Assembly: GCA_963704725.1 (NCBI GenBank)
Contig: OY969934.1
Span: forward strand, 224,001-288,000
Direction of reading: 5' to 3'
Length of the DNA: 64,000 bases
Source: an uncultured Actinomycetes bacterium
Lineage (GTDB): Bacteria; Actinomycetota; UBA4738; HRBIN12
Notes under the pieces: generated by a model
Databases searched by the model: none
Told to the model about the DNA's origin: nothing
The model's input: the letters and a program-made list of their open reading frames with translations, nothing else
Shown: positions 38,389 through 47,121 of the stretch, in pieces
Layout of the letters: each line of letters begins with the position of its first letter
Numbering within the stretch: position 1 is the stretch's first letter
Position numbers and translations under genes: made by a program

Positions 38389-39192
38389 CTAGTCCGTGCT
38401 CCCGCCGAGCAGCCCCCGGATCGAGCCGGCCGTCCCCTCCGTCGAGGCCTGGCCACCGGCGTGGGCCAGGGTCCTGGCGAGAGCCACCATCGACACCGAC
38501 TGCAGCACCACCTTGCCGTCGCCCTCCAGCGTCGCGAGGGTCATCCCCTCACCGCCGAAGAACGCCGTCTTCAGACCCTTGGCGTCGAACTTGCCGATCC
38601 GCTCGACCCCGTACGTGATGCCATCCTCGAACGCCACGAGGCATCCCGTGTCCACCTGGATCTTCCCACCGTACTGCGAGGGGTTCAGCTCGATGAAGTT
38701 CCCCCCGCCGGCGATGAACAGCGACCCCTCGCCGGTGAAGCGCTCCAGGATGAAGCCCTCGCCGCCCTTGCGGCCGACGGAGAAGCCGGCCCACTTGATG
38801 TCGAACCGCACCGAGCCCTCGGCGGCGACGAAGGCGTCCTTCTCCGCCGTCCACCCCTTGGCCCCGTCGAGCTGGATCTCGCGCATCTCACCCGGGAGGT
38901 TGCCCGCGAACGCGATCAGCCCGGAGCCACCGACCGGCGTGAAGTACTGGAAGGCCAGCGACTCGCCGGCGAGCGCGCGCTTGCCCATCTCCTTGGCGGC
39001 GCCCGCGGCCTTGGCGAGCAGGCCCTTGCTCGCCTCGCCGTCACCGCCGTCGGGAGTGGAGAAACGCGTCTCCACCTCGACGTTGGCCGTCTTCCACAGG
39101 AACTTGCCGGCCTCGCAGTACATCGTCTGATCGGCGTCGAGCTGGCAGACGGCCATCTGGCTGGCCGTGCCCTTGATCTGATGCTTGATCAC
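38389..39192 (-). CDS. AIM24 family protein
   Basis: KRALAGESL, GGEGFILERFTGEG, VDTGCLVAF, FFGGEG..LATLEG.G.V.LQS. Confidence 0.9.
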   Translation of the reverse strand: MIKHQIKGTASQMAVCQLDADQTMYCEAGKFLWKTANVEVETRFSTPDGGDGEASKGLLAKAAGAAKEMGKRALAGESLAFQYFTPVGGSGLIAFAGNLPGEMREIQLDGAKGWTAEKDAFVAAEGSVRFDIKWAGFSVGRKGGEGFILERFTGEGSLFIAGGGNFIELNPSQYGGKIQVDTGCLVAFEDGITYGVERIGKFDAKGLKTAFFGGEGMTLATLEGDGKVVLQSVSMVALARTLAHAGGQASTEGTAGSIRGLLGGSTD

Positions 39193-39283
39193 CGCGTCCT
39201 CCTGCCCTCGGCGGCCCTGCGACCAGCATGCACCGTTCCGCGAGGGGGCGCCGGGCGGTCGGCGGGTCGCGCAGGCGGCTCGT

Positions 39284-39487
39284 TCAGCTCCAGGGGAGTC
39301 GTCGCAGCTGGCCCGCGATGTGACCGGCGCGGCCTTCGTGCAGGGAGCAGAGCGATGAGGGGTTGTAGATCGAGAGCACCGTGGTGCACCCCTCGGCCTG
39401 GCAGACACGACCGGGCCGGTAGCTGCGGCACTCGATCTTCGACCCGACGACGGGGCGGGCGTGCAGGGGCATGCGCGACTCGTTCAT
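39284..39487 (-). CDS. Small Cys/His-rich protein (putative Zn finger)
   Basis: RVCQAEGCTTVLSIYNPSSLCSLH; TACCGT hexamer 6 nt upstream of ATG. Confidence 0.65.
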   Translation of the reverse strand: MNESRMPLHARPVVGSKIECRSYRPGRVCQAEGCTTVLSIYNPSSLCSLHEGRAGHIAGQLRRLPWS

Positions 39488-39692
39488 TCGAGCACGGTAC
39501 CCCCGCCCCCGAGCGCGCCGTGAGGGCCGACGGTCCCGGCGAAGGGTGGGCGGGAGGTCCCGGGAGTGGCGGCCGTTCGGCCTCCTCCGTCCGTCGCCGG
39601 CGGCGGGGTCGGCGGGCGCGCTCCGCAGCGGGTTGCCGAACCGACACTCCCGCGGGTCCAATGGAACGGTTCCCGCCGGCGAGGAGCGTTGG

Positions 39693-40664
39693 ATGGACTA
39701 CCGTCATCTGGGCCGCTTCGGCCTCACCGTCAGCCCTCTGTGCCTCGGGACGATGAACTTCGGGCCCGAGACCCCCCAGGCCGACGGCCACGCGATCATG
39801 GATCGGGCGCTCGAGCTCGGCATCAACTTCTTCGACACGGCGAACGTCTACGGCCGCAGCAAGGGGGTCGGGGCGACCGAGACCATCGTGGGGAAGTGGC
39901 TGGCGCAGGGGGGCGGCCGGCGTGAGCGGGTGGTCCTGGCCACCAAGGTCTACGGCCAGATGGGGAAGTGGCCGAACGAGTCCCGGCTCTCCGCGCTCGG
40001 CATCCGTCGCGCCTGCGAGGAGTCGCTTCGGCGCCTGCAGACCGACCATGTCGACCTGTACCAGATGCACCACATCGATCGGGGGGCGCCGCTCGACGAG
40101 CTCTGGCAGGCGTTCGAGCTGCTGGTGCAGCAGGGCAAGGTCCTCTACGTGGGCTCGAGCAACTTCGCCGGCTGGCACATCGCCCGCGCGAACGAGGCGG
40201 CGAGGGCTAAGCACCTCCTGGGCCTCGTCTCCGAGCAGTGTCTCTACAACCTCGCGGAGCGCTCGAGCGAGCTCGAGGTGCTTCCCGCCTGCGAGGCCTA
40301 CGGCATGGGCGTGTTGCCGTACAGCCCGCTCGCCGGCGGCCTGCTGGGCGGCGTCCTGACCGAGACCGAGCGCGGCCGGCGGGCCGGCCGGGGCATCCAG
40401 GGGGAGCTCGCCGAGCGCCGGGAGCAGATCGAGGCGTACGAGAGGCTCTGCGCCGACCTGGGGGAGCCCCCCGCCGCCGTTGCGCTCGCGTGGGTCCTCG
40501 CCAACCCCGTCGTGACGGCGCCGATCCTAGGGCCTCGAACGCTCGACCAGCTCGAGGGCGCGATGCGGTCCTTGGAGGTGACGCTCGACCGGGACACGAT
40601 GAAGCGCCTCGATCGACTGTTCCCGGGCCCGGGCGGGGCGGCGCCGGAGGCCTACGCCTGGTAG
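39693..40664 (+). CDS. Aldo/keto reductase
   Basis: LGTMNFG, FFDTANVYG, LATKV, DLYQMH, YSPLAGG. Confidence 0.95.
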   Translation: MDYRHLGRFGLTVSPLCLGTMNFGPETPQADGHAIMDRALELGINFFDTANVYGRSKGVGATETIVGKWLAQGGGRRERVVLATKVYGQMGKWPNESRLSALGIRRACEESLRRLQTDHVDLYQMHHIDRGAPLDELWQAFELLVQQGKVLYVGSSNFAGWHIARANEAARAKHLLGLVSEQCLYNLAERSSELEVLPACEAYGMGVLPYSPLAGGLLGGVLTETERGRRAGRGIQGELAERREQIEAYERLCADLGEPPAAVALAWVLANPVVTAPILGPRTLDQLEGAMRSLEVTLDRDTMKRLDRLFPGPGGAAPEAYAW

Positions 40665-40697
40665 GGAGGCGACTCGACCCAGGTGTATGGTCGGCCG

Positions 40698-40883
40698 GTG
40701 GCCGAGGACGAGGCGCGGCAGCCCACGGGTTCCGAGTTCGCGGCGCTTTCGCAGGAGGAACGCGCCGTGCTGCTGAAGGTCGTCGACGTCCTGCGGAAGA
40801 TCAACTTCGGGACCGTTCTCCTGGTGGTTCAGGACGGCAAGGTCGTGCAGATCGAGATGGCGGAGAAGATCCGTCTCCGCTGA
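40698..40883 (+). CDS. DUF2292 (YezD/OscA-like) small protein, copy 1
   Basis: LRKINFGTVLLVVQDGKVVQIEMAEKIRL signature; upstream of sbp. Confidence 0.85.
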   Translation: MAEDEARQPTGSEFAALSQEERAVLLKVVDVLRKINFGTVLLVVQDGKVVQIEMAEKIRLR

Positions 40884-40920
40884 ATCACCGAAACACCACG
40901 AAGTGTGGCCCTTCGGGTCG

Positions 40921-40950
40921 TTGACACGCCGTTCGTTCTCCTGATATCCC
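40921..40950 (+). promoter_or_regulatory. Putative sigma-A promoter of the sulfate operon (TTGACA -35, weak TGATATCC -10)
   Basis: Perfect TTGACA at 40921-40926 in a lower-GC intergenic region. Confidence 0.5.
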
Positions 40951-40958
40951 TGACCTGT

Positions 40959-41037
40959 TCGGCCGACCGGACCACCGGAGGCCGACGTCCCACCGGCCCA
41001 CGAAGCCCTTTCGATTGACCGGTCAACCGGAGATCGA
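40959..41037 (+). promoter_or_regulatory. Tandem 27-nt hairpin element in the sbp leader (candidate cis-regulatory RNA)
   Basis: TCGGCC-GA-CCGG-ACCA-CCGG-A-GGCCGA (40959-40985) and TCGATT-GA-CCGG-TCAA-CCGG-A-GATCGA (41011-41037). Confidence 0.65.
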
Positions 41038-41080
41038 GGACCAGCTCGAACTCCATCCGGCTCTCGAAAGGAGCGCTCCC

Positions 41081-42184
41081 GTGCGGTTCCGCCTCACCTT
41101 CCGGCTGCTCTCGGTGATCGCCGTGCTCGGCGTCGTCGCCGCCGCCTGCAGCAGCGACTCCGGCGACGGGTCCACCGACCCCAACGGCTCGCCCGTCGGC
41201 TCCGTCGGCCCCGCGTGCACGCCTTCGGACTCTCCCGTCGTCACGCTCGCCGCGTACAGCAACGTCTACGACACCTACGGCAAGCTCATCTCGAACTTCC
41301 AGAGCGACTGGAAGGAGTCGCACGACGGGCAGCTGGTCCAGTTCCTCACGTCGTTCGGCGGAAGCACCACCCAGGCCCAGAGCGTGATCGGCGGGCTCGA
41401 TGCCGACATCGTCGCCCTGTCGCTCGCTCCCGACGTCGGCCTGATCCAGGACGCCGGGCTCATCACCCACGACTGGATGCAGGGAACCGAGGACGGCATC
41501 GTGGCGTCCTCGGCCGTCGTGTTCGACGTGCGCCCCGGCAACCCGAAGGGCATCCACAACTGGAGCGACCTGACGCAGCCCGGCCTGCAGATCCTGACCC
41601 CCGACCCGGCGGCGAGCGGCGGTGCGCGCTGGAACATCGTGGCCGCGTACGGCGCCGCCATGCGGGGAGAGGTTCCGGGCTACGCGGCGAACGACCCGGC
41701 CGCCGCGCAGCAGCTCCTGACGGACATCTTCAGGAACGTGACCGTCATGGACAAGAGCGCCAACGACTCGATCAAGAACTTCCAGGCCGGCAACGGCGAC
41801 GTCGCGATCACGTACGAGTACTCGGTCCTGACCGCGCAGGCGGCGGGACTCCCGGACGAGATGGTGATCCCGCCGTCGACGCTCTCGATCCGGACGCCGG
41901 TGGCGGTCGTGGACGCGAACGCCGAGCAGCACTGCGTCGAGGACATCGCGAACGCGTTCGTCGACTACCTGCACACGCAGGACGCCAAGGACGTCTACGC
42001 GAGCGTGGGGTTCGAGCGGCCGGTCGACCTGGCGGCGGCGCAGTCGGGGGACGACGGCGCCTACCAGCCGATCGACGACCTGTTCACCACCGACGACCTC
42101 GGCGGCTGGGACCAGCTCCAGAGCGACACGGTGTTCGGGCCGGACGGCGCGTTCACCAAGGCCCTGGCCGCGGCCCAGGGATAG
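41081..42184 (+). CDS. sbp: Sulfate/thiosulfate ABC transporter substrate-binding lipoprotein
   Basis: VAAAC lipobox, SFGGSTTQA, GNPKGIHNWSDL, PAASGGARWN. Confidence 0.93.
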   Translation: MRFRLTFRLLSVIAVLGVVAAACSSDSGDGSTDPNGSPVGSVGPACTPSDSPVVTLAAYSNVYDTYGKLISNFQSDWKESHDGQLVQFLTSFGGSTTQAQSVIGGLDADIVALSLAPDVGLIQDAGLITHDWMQGTEDGIVASSAVVFDVRPGNPKGIHNWSDLTQPGLQILTPDPAASGGARWNIVAAYGAAMRGEVPGYAANDPAAAQQLLTDIFRNVTVMDKSANDSIKNFQAGNGDVAITYEYSVLTAQAAGLPDEMVIPPSTLSIRTPVAVVDANAEQHCVEDIANAFVDYLHTQDAKDVYASVGFERPVDLAAAQSGDDGAYQPIDDLFTTDDLGGWDQLQSDTVFGPDGAFTKALAAAQG

Positions 42185-42185
42185 C

Positions 42186-43076
42186 GTGAGCACGCAGACG
42201 CTCGTTCGGACGCCGGTCCCGTCCCCGTCTCCCGCGGGGGCGGGGCGGCGCGTCTCGGTTCGGGTGCGATCCGCCCTGGCGCGATGGGGCCTGCGCGGAT
42301 CCGCCCTGTTGTACCTGGGCCTGCTGATCGCGCTTCCGACGGCGGCCGTCATCTGGCGCGGGTTCCAACACGGTCTGGGGGCGTTCCGCAGCGCCTTCCA
42401 GGTCCCCGGCGCCGCGGAGGCGGTCGGGCTCACCATCGTCCTCGCGGTCGTCACCGCGGTCATCAACGTCGTCTTCGGCACGCTCATCGCGTACGTGCTC
42501 GTCCGCTACGAGTTCCCGGGCCGACGGGTCCTGTCGACCGTCGTCGACATCCCGTTCGCCATCCCGACGCTCGTCACCGGCGTCATGCTCCGGGCGCTCT
42601 ACGGGCCCAACGCGCTCGTCGGAGGGTTCCTCGAGCGTCACGGCGTCCACATCGTCTTCGCGCAGGCCGGGATCCTGCTCGCGCTCCTGTTCGTGACGCT
42701 GCCGCTGGTGGTCAGGACCGTGCAGCCGGTGCTCCTCGAGCTCGACGAGACCGAGGAGGAGGCGGCCAGGGTCTTGGGCGCGACGCGGTGGGCGACGTTC
42801 CGTCGGGTGGTCCTGCCCAAGCTCCGCCCCGGGATCGTCGCCGGCGGGCTGCTCGCGTTCGCCCGGGCGCTCGGGGAGTTCGGGGCCGTCGTCATCATCT
42901 CGGGCAACATCATCGGCAAGACCCTCACGGCCCCCTACCTGATCTTCCAGCTCGCGAGTCAGTTCAAGATCGAGGAGGCGGCGGCGGTCTCCACGCTGCT
43001 GTTCGCGATCGCGTTCGGCGTCGTGCTGCTCACGGAGCGGCTCGTCGGAGTGCGCCGTTCGGAGCGTCGGTCGTGA
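42186..43076 (+). CDS. cysT: Sulfate ABC transporter permease CysT
   Basis: VLVRYEFPG, DIPFAIPT, VRTVQPVL, EEAA loop, RALGEFG. Confidence 0.92.
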   Translation: MSTQTLVRTPVPSPSPAGAGRRVSVRVRSALARWGLRGSALLYLGLLIALPTAAVIWRGFQHGLGAFRSAFQVPGAAEAVGLTIVLAVVTAVINVVFGTLIAYVLVRYEFPGRRVLSTVVDIPFAIPTLVTGVMLRALYGPNALVGGFLERHGVHIVFAQAGILLALLFVTLPLVVRTVQPVLLELDETEEEAARVLGATRWATFRRVVLPKLRPGIVAGGLLAFARALGEFGAVVIISGNIIGKTLTAPYLIFQLASQFKIEEAAAVSTLLFAIAFGVVLLTERLVGVRRSERRS

Positions 43077-43945
43077 GCGCCCCCGGGACCGTGCAGATCC
43101 CCGAGGCCCGCGCGCCCAGGCTCGCCACGAAGTCGCGGCGTCGGCTCGTGCACGGCGGGCTCATCGCCGCCGCGCTCGTCTACGTCGGCGTGCTGGTGAT
43201 CGCGCCGCTCGTCGGGATCGCCTGGGCGGCGCTCAAGCCGGGGTGGTCCCTCATCGCCGAGACGCTCACGGCGCCGGACGTCCTGCACGCCTACCAGCTG
43301 ACCATCGTGATCACGCTCGTGACGCTCGTCACGACGAGCGTCTGCGGCGTGCTCGTCGCGCTGGTGGTCGCCAGGGACCGGTTCCGGCTGCGCCCCTTCA
43401 TGAGCGCGCTCGTCAACCTGCCGATCGCCGTGTCGCCGGTGATCGTCGGCGTGATGGCGGTGCTGCTGTTCGGCACGGGAGGGTGGTTCGAGCCCTGGTT
43501 CAGCGCCCGTGGCATCGAGGTCCTGTACGCGGTCCCGTCCATGGTCCTGGTCACGATCTTCATCTGCATCCCGTTCGTGATCCGCGAGGTCGTGCCGGTG
43601 CTGCAGGAGCTCGGCGTGTCCGAGGAGGAGGCGGCGCGGACGCTCGGGGCCTCGTCGCTGCAGACCTTCTTCCGCGTCACGCTGAAGAACATCCGGTGGG
43701 GGTTGCTCTACGGCATCGCCTTGTCGACGGCGCGAGCGATCGGCGAGATCGGCGCGGTCGCCATCGTGAGCGGTGGCTTCAACGGCCGGACCGAGACGGC
43801 CACGCTCTACATCATGCGGGAGTTCGATCAGTTCCACGATGCCCAGGGCTACGTCGTCGCGTTGACGCTGGCCCTGGCGTCGATCGTGCTCCTGGTCGCG
43901 ATCGAGATGTTCAAACGCCGGCAGGAGAGGACGCAGGAGACATGA
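43073..43945 (+). CDS. cysW: Sulfate ABC transporter permease CysW
   Basis: LPIAVSPVI, PFVIREVVP, NIRWGLLYG, ARAIGEIGA. Confidence 0.92.
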   Translation: MSAPGTVQIPEARAPRLATKSRRRLVHGGLIAAALVYVGVLVIAPLVGIAWAALKPGWSLIAETLTAPDVLHAYQLTIVITLVTLVTTSVCGVLVALVVARDRFRLRPFMSALVNLPIAVSPVIVGVMAVLLFGTGGWFEPWFSARGIEVLYAVPSMVLVTIFICIPFVIREVVPVLQELGVSEEEAARTLGASSLQTFFRVTLKNIRWGLLYGIALSTARAIGEIGAVAIVSGGFNGRTETATLYIMREFDQFHDAQGYVVALTLALASIVLLVAIEMFKRRQERTQET

Positions 43946-45033
43946 CGAAGCCGATGCAGATGACGGGCACGCCCATCCGGGTCGAGGGCCTGTGGAAGCG
44001 ATTCGGGGACTTCGAGGCCGTGCGCGACGTCACGTTCACGGCCGAGGCGGGCAGCATCACCGCGCTCCTGGGTCCGAGCGGCTCCGGCAAGAGCACGGTG
44101 CTTCGGATGATCGCCGGGCTGGAGGAGCCGACGGCGGGACGGATCTGGATGGAGGGGGAGGAGCAGACCCTCAAGTCCGTCCAGGAGCGCCGCATCGGGT
44201 TCGTGTTCCAGCACTTCGCCCTGTTCCGCCACATGACGGTCACGCAGAACGTGGCGTTCGGCCTCTCGGTACGCAAGATCCCGAAGGCCCGCCAGCGCGA
44301 GCGCGTGAACGAGCTGCTCGAGCTCGTCCAGCTCACCGGGTTCCGGGACCGCTACCCCGACCAGCTCTCGGGCGGCCAGCGCCAGCGGGTCGCCCTCGCC
44401 CGGGCGCTCGCGCCCCGGCCGAAGGTGCTCCTGCTGGACGAGCCCTTCGGTGCGCTCGACGCCCGGGTGAGGCAGGAGCTCCGGCGATGGCTCGACGAGC
44501 TCCATCGCGAGCTCGGAGTCACGAGCCTTCTCGTCACCCACGATCAGGACGAGGCACTCGAGCTCGCCAACCGGGTCGTCGTGATGCACGAGGGCGGCGT
44601 GCAGCAGGTGGGGACGCCGCACGAGGTCTACAACGAGCCGGCCACGCCGTTCGTGGCCGGGTTCGTGGGCACCGCGAACGTCCTGCACGGCCGAGTCATG
44701 GACGGGCACGTCCAGGTCGGCGACCATCGGGTGGCCGGCGCGGACCATCTGGAGGACGGGATCGCCGCGCGGGCCTTCGTTCGCCCGCACGACGTCCTCG
44801 TCTCGACGGTCGCGCACAACGGCGGTTCGGTCGTCGCCGTGGCCGAGCGGGTCGTGACGATGGGATGGCTCTCCCGCGTGAGCCTGCGCCTGCCCGACGA
44901 CCAGGTGCTGATCGCCGAGCTCCCCAACGACGAGCTCGGATCCGTCGAGGAGGGCTCGCGGGTCTGGGTCGACCTGCGGCGGGCGAAGGCGTTCGAGACC
45001 CCGGAGCCCGTGGGGGCGATCGCTTCGCCGTGA
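43942..45033 (+). CDS. cysA: Sulfate ABC transporter ATPase CysA
   Basis: GPSGSGKS, FVFQHFALFRHMTV, LSGGQRQR, TOBE-like C-terminus. Confidence 0.93.
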   Translation: MTKPMQMTGTPIRVEGLWKRFGDFEAVRDVTFTAEAGSITALLGPSGSGKSTVLRMIAGLEEPTAGRIWMEGEEQTLKSVQERRIGFVFQHFALFRHMTVTQNVAFGLSVRKIPKARQRERVNELLELVQLTGFRDRYPDQLSGGQRQRVALARALAPRPKVLLLDEPFGALDARVRQELRRWLDELHRELGVTSLLVTHDQDEALELANRVVVMHEGGVQQVGTPHEVYNEPATPFVAGFVGTANVLHGRVMDGHVQVGDHRVAGADHLEDGIAARAFVRPHDVLVSTVAHNGGSVVAVAERVVTMGWLSRVSLRLPDDQVLIAELPNDELGSVEEGSRVWVDLRRAKAFETPEPVGAIASP

Positions 45034-45046
45034 GCGCCCCGAAGCC

Positions 45047-45092
45047 TGAGCGGCCTGCCGAGCGGGTGCCCTCCTCCTCGGCGGGCCGCTCA
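45047..45092 (+). terminator. 16-bp stem-loop after cysA (terminator/stabiliser candidate)
   Basis: TGAGCGGCCTGCCGAG / CTCGGCGGGCCGCTCA inverted repeat with one G-U pair; no U-tract. Confidence 0.45.
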
Positions 45093-45122
45093 CCACCCGC
45101 GCTCCCGGATGCCGGCCCGTCG

Positions 45123-45254
45123 ATGGACGAGCTCGAGGTCCTGCTCCGGGTGGCCGACCTCCTGCGGAAGGTCAGGTTCGGAAGCGTGCTGATCGTGGTG
45201 CAGGATGGCAAGGTGGTGCAGATCGAGATGGCAGAGAAGATCCGGCTGCGATGA
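45123..45254 (+). CDS. DUF2292 (YezD/OscA-like) small protein, copy 2 (alternative start GTG 45030)
   Basis: LRKVRFGSVLIVVQDGKVVQIEMAEKIRLR; stop overlaps the next ATG. Confidence 0.8.
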   Translation: MDELEVLLRVADLLRKVRFGSVLIVVQDGKVVQIEMAEKIRLR

Positions 45255-46285
45255 GTCGCGCACGGGTGGTCGCCGGGCTCTCGGCGCTGGTGCTGCTCTC
45301 CGCCTGCGCCAGTCCCGAGTCGCGGGCGCGCGGGACCGCGGGCGTGATCCGGCTCGGGGTCTTCGCGGCGCTCACCCACGCCCCGGCTCTCGTCGGGATC
45401 GGCGGCGGGATCTTCGACCGGGTGCTTGGCGGCACGCGCGTCGAGGTGACGACCTTCGACTCGGGGACCGACGCCGGCGTCGCCCTGCTCTCGGGCTCGA
45501 TCGACGCGGCCTACATGGGGCCCTTCCCCGCGGAGCTCCTGTACCTGCGCTCGGGGCGTGTGGCGATCGTCAGCGGGGCCTCCTCCGGCGGGGCGTCGTT
45601 CGTGGTGCGGTCCGGCGAGGGCATCGCAGGCCCCGCCGACCTGCACGACACGCGGATCGGCGTGCCGGGGATCAACAACACCCAGGACATCGCCCTCCGT
45701 TCATGGCTGCACCGCAACGGCCTGCAAGCACGTGACGAAGGCGGAGACGTGGCCGTGGTGGAGGTGGGAGGCTCCGAGCTCCTGCCGCTGTTGCAGCGCG
45801 ACCAGCTCGACGGAGCGCTCGTCCCCGAGCCGTACCCGACGTACCTGGTGGACCGGGGCGTCGCCGACCGGCTGGTGGACGCGGCCGCGCTCTCCCCGCA
45901 GGGCGGGCTCCTCGCGACCGACCTGGTCGTCTCGACGGCCTTCATGGATGCCCACCCCGACGTGGTTCGAGCGCTCGTCGAGGCCAACGTGGAGGCGATC
46001 CGCCTGTGCCGGGAGCAACCCGATCGCGCCGAGGAGATCGCCCGGCGGGAGCTCGCCGCCCGTGGCGGGCCGGTCATGGATCGGGCGGTGTTCGACGTTG
46101 CGTGGGCCGAGCTGGCCTTCTCGTGGGATCCCATGATCGCGTCGTTCGAGCGGGTTGCCGCGGAGACCCTTCGGGCCGGGTTCCTGCCGGAGCCGTCCGT
46201 CGAGGTGGCCGGTCTCTTCCGGCTTGACGACCTCGACGACGTCCTGAACGATGAGGGTCTTCCGCCGGTGGGGGTAGCCGCGTGA
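45251..46285 (+). CDS. Sulfonate/nitrate-type ABC substrate-binding lipoprotein (SsuA-like)
   Basis: LSAC lipobox, THAPALVG, YMGP.PA, NTQDIALR, VPEP. Confidence 0.88.
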   Translation: MSRARVVAGLSALVLLSACASPESRARGTAGVIRLGVFAALTHAPALVGIGGGIFDRVLGGTRVEVTTFDSGTDAGVALLSGSIDAAYMGPFPAELLYLRSGRVAIVSGASSGGASFVVRSGEGIAGPADLHDTRIGVPGINNTQDIALRSWLHRNGLQARDEGGDVAVVEVGGSELLPLLQRDQLDGALVPEPYPTYLVDRGVADRLVDAAALSPQGGLLATDLVVSTAFMDAHPDVVRALVEANVEAIRLCREQPDRAEEIARRELAARGGPVMDRAVFDVAWAELAFSWDPMIASFERVAAETLRAGFLPEPSVEVAGLFRLDDLDDVLNDEGLPPVGVAA

Positions 46286-47121
46286 CCACGTCCCGAGCGC
46301 TCTCGGTCGTCCCGCGCCTGGATTCCCCGCCCAAGCTCTCCCTCGCCGAGGTGGACAAGTCCTTCCGCACGGGGAGCGGAGAGGTGGTTCGCGCCCTCCA
46401 GCACGTGACCTTCGACGTCGGCGTGGGCGAGTTCGTCTGCCTGATCGGGCCCTCCGGCTGCGGCAAGTCGACGATCCTGAACCTGCTGGCCGGCCTGGAC
46501 CGGCCGGACGGGGGTTCGATCCTGCTCGACGGCGAGCCGATCCAGGGCCCGGGGCCGGAGCGAGCGGTCCTGTTCCAGGAGCCGGCGTTGTTCCCCTGGA
46601 TGAGCGTGCGGGCCAACGTCGAGTACGGCCTCCGGGTGCGGGGTCTGCCCAGGGCGTTGGTGCGTTCCCGCGCCGCCGCGTGGCTGGACAAGGTCCAGCT
46701 CACAGCGTTCGCAGAGGTCCAGCCGCACGAGCTGTCGGGCGGGATGCGACAGCGCGCCGCGCTCGCTCGCGCCCTCGTCTGCACGCCGGACGTGCTGCTG
46801 GCCGACGAGCCGTTCGGCTCGCTCGACGCCCAGTCGCGGGAGATCCTCCAGAAGGAGCTCCAGACCGTGTGGGCGGAGCTCCGCAACACCTTCGTCTTCG
46901 TCACGCACAACGTCCGCGAGGCCGTGTTCCTGGCCGATCGCGTCATCGTGCTCTCGGCCCGGCCGGGAACCCCGATCGAGGAGTACCGGATCACGACGCC
47001 CCGGCCGCGTCATTTCGAGGACGTCCTGCTGAGCAAGGTCGTCCTGGACATCCACGAGCATCTGCTGAGGGAGGTGGAACGCGCTGCGCGCGAGGAGGGT
47101 CCTCGACAGGATCTGGCCTAG
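46282..47121 (+). CDS. NitT/TauT family ABC ATPase (SsuB-like)
   Basis: GPSGCGKS, FQEPALFPW, LSGGMRQR. Confidence 0.92.
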   Translation: MTTSRALSVVPRLDSPPKLSLAEVDKSFRTGSGEVVRALQHVTFDVGVGEFVCLIGPSGCGKSTILNLLAGLDRPDGGSILLDGEPIQGPGPERAVLFQEPALFPWMSVRANVEYGLRVRGLPRALVRSRAAAWLDKVQLTAFAEVQPHELSGGMRQRAALARALVCTPDVLLADEPFGSLDAQSREILQKELQTVWAELRNTFVFVTHNVREAVFLADRVIVLSARPGTPIEEYRITTPRPRHFEDVLLSKVVLDIHEHLLREVERAAREEGPRQDLA

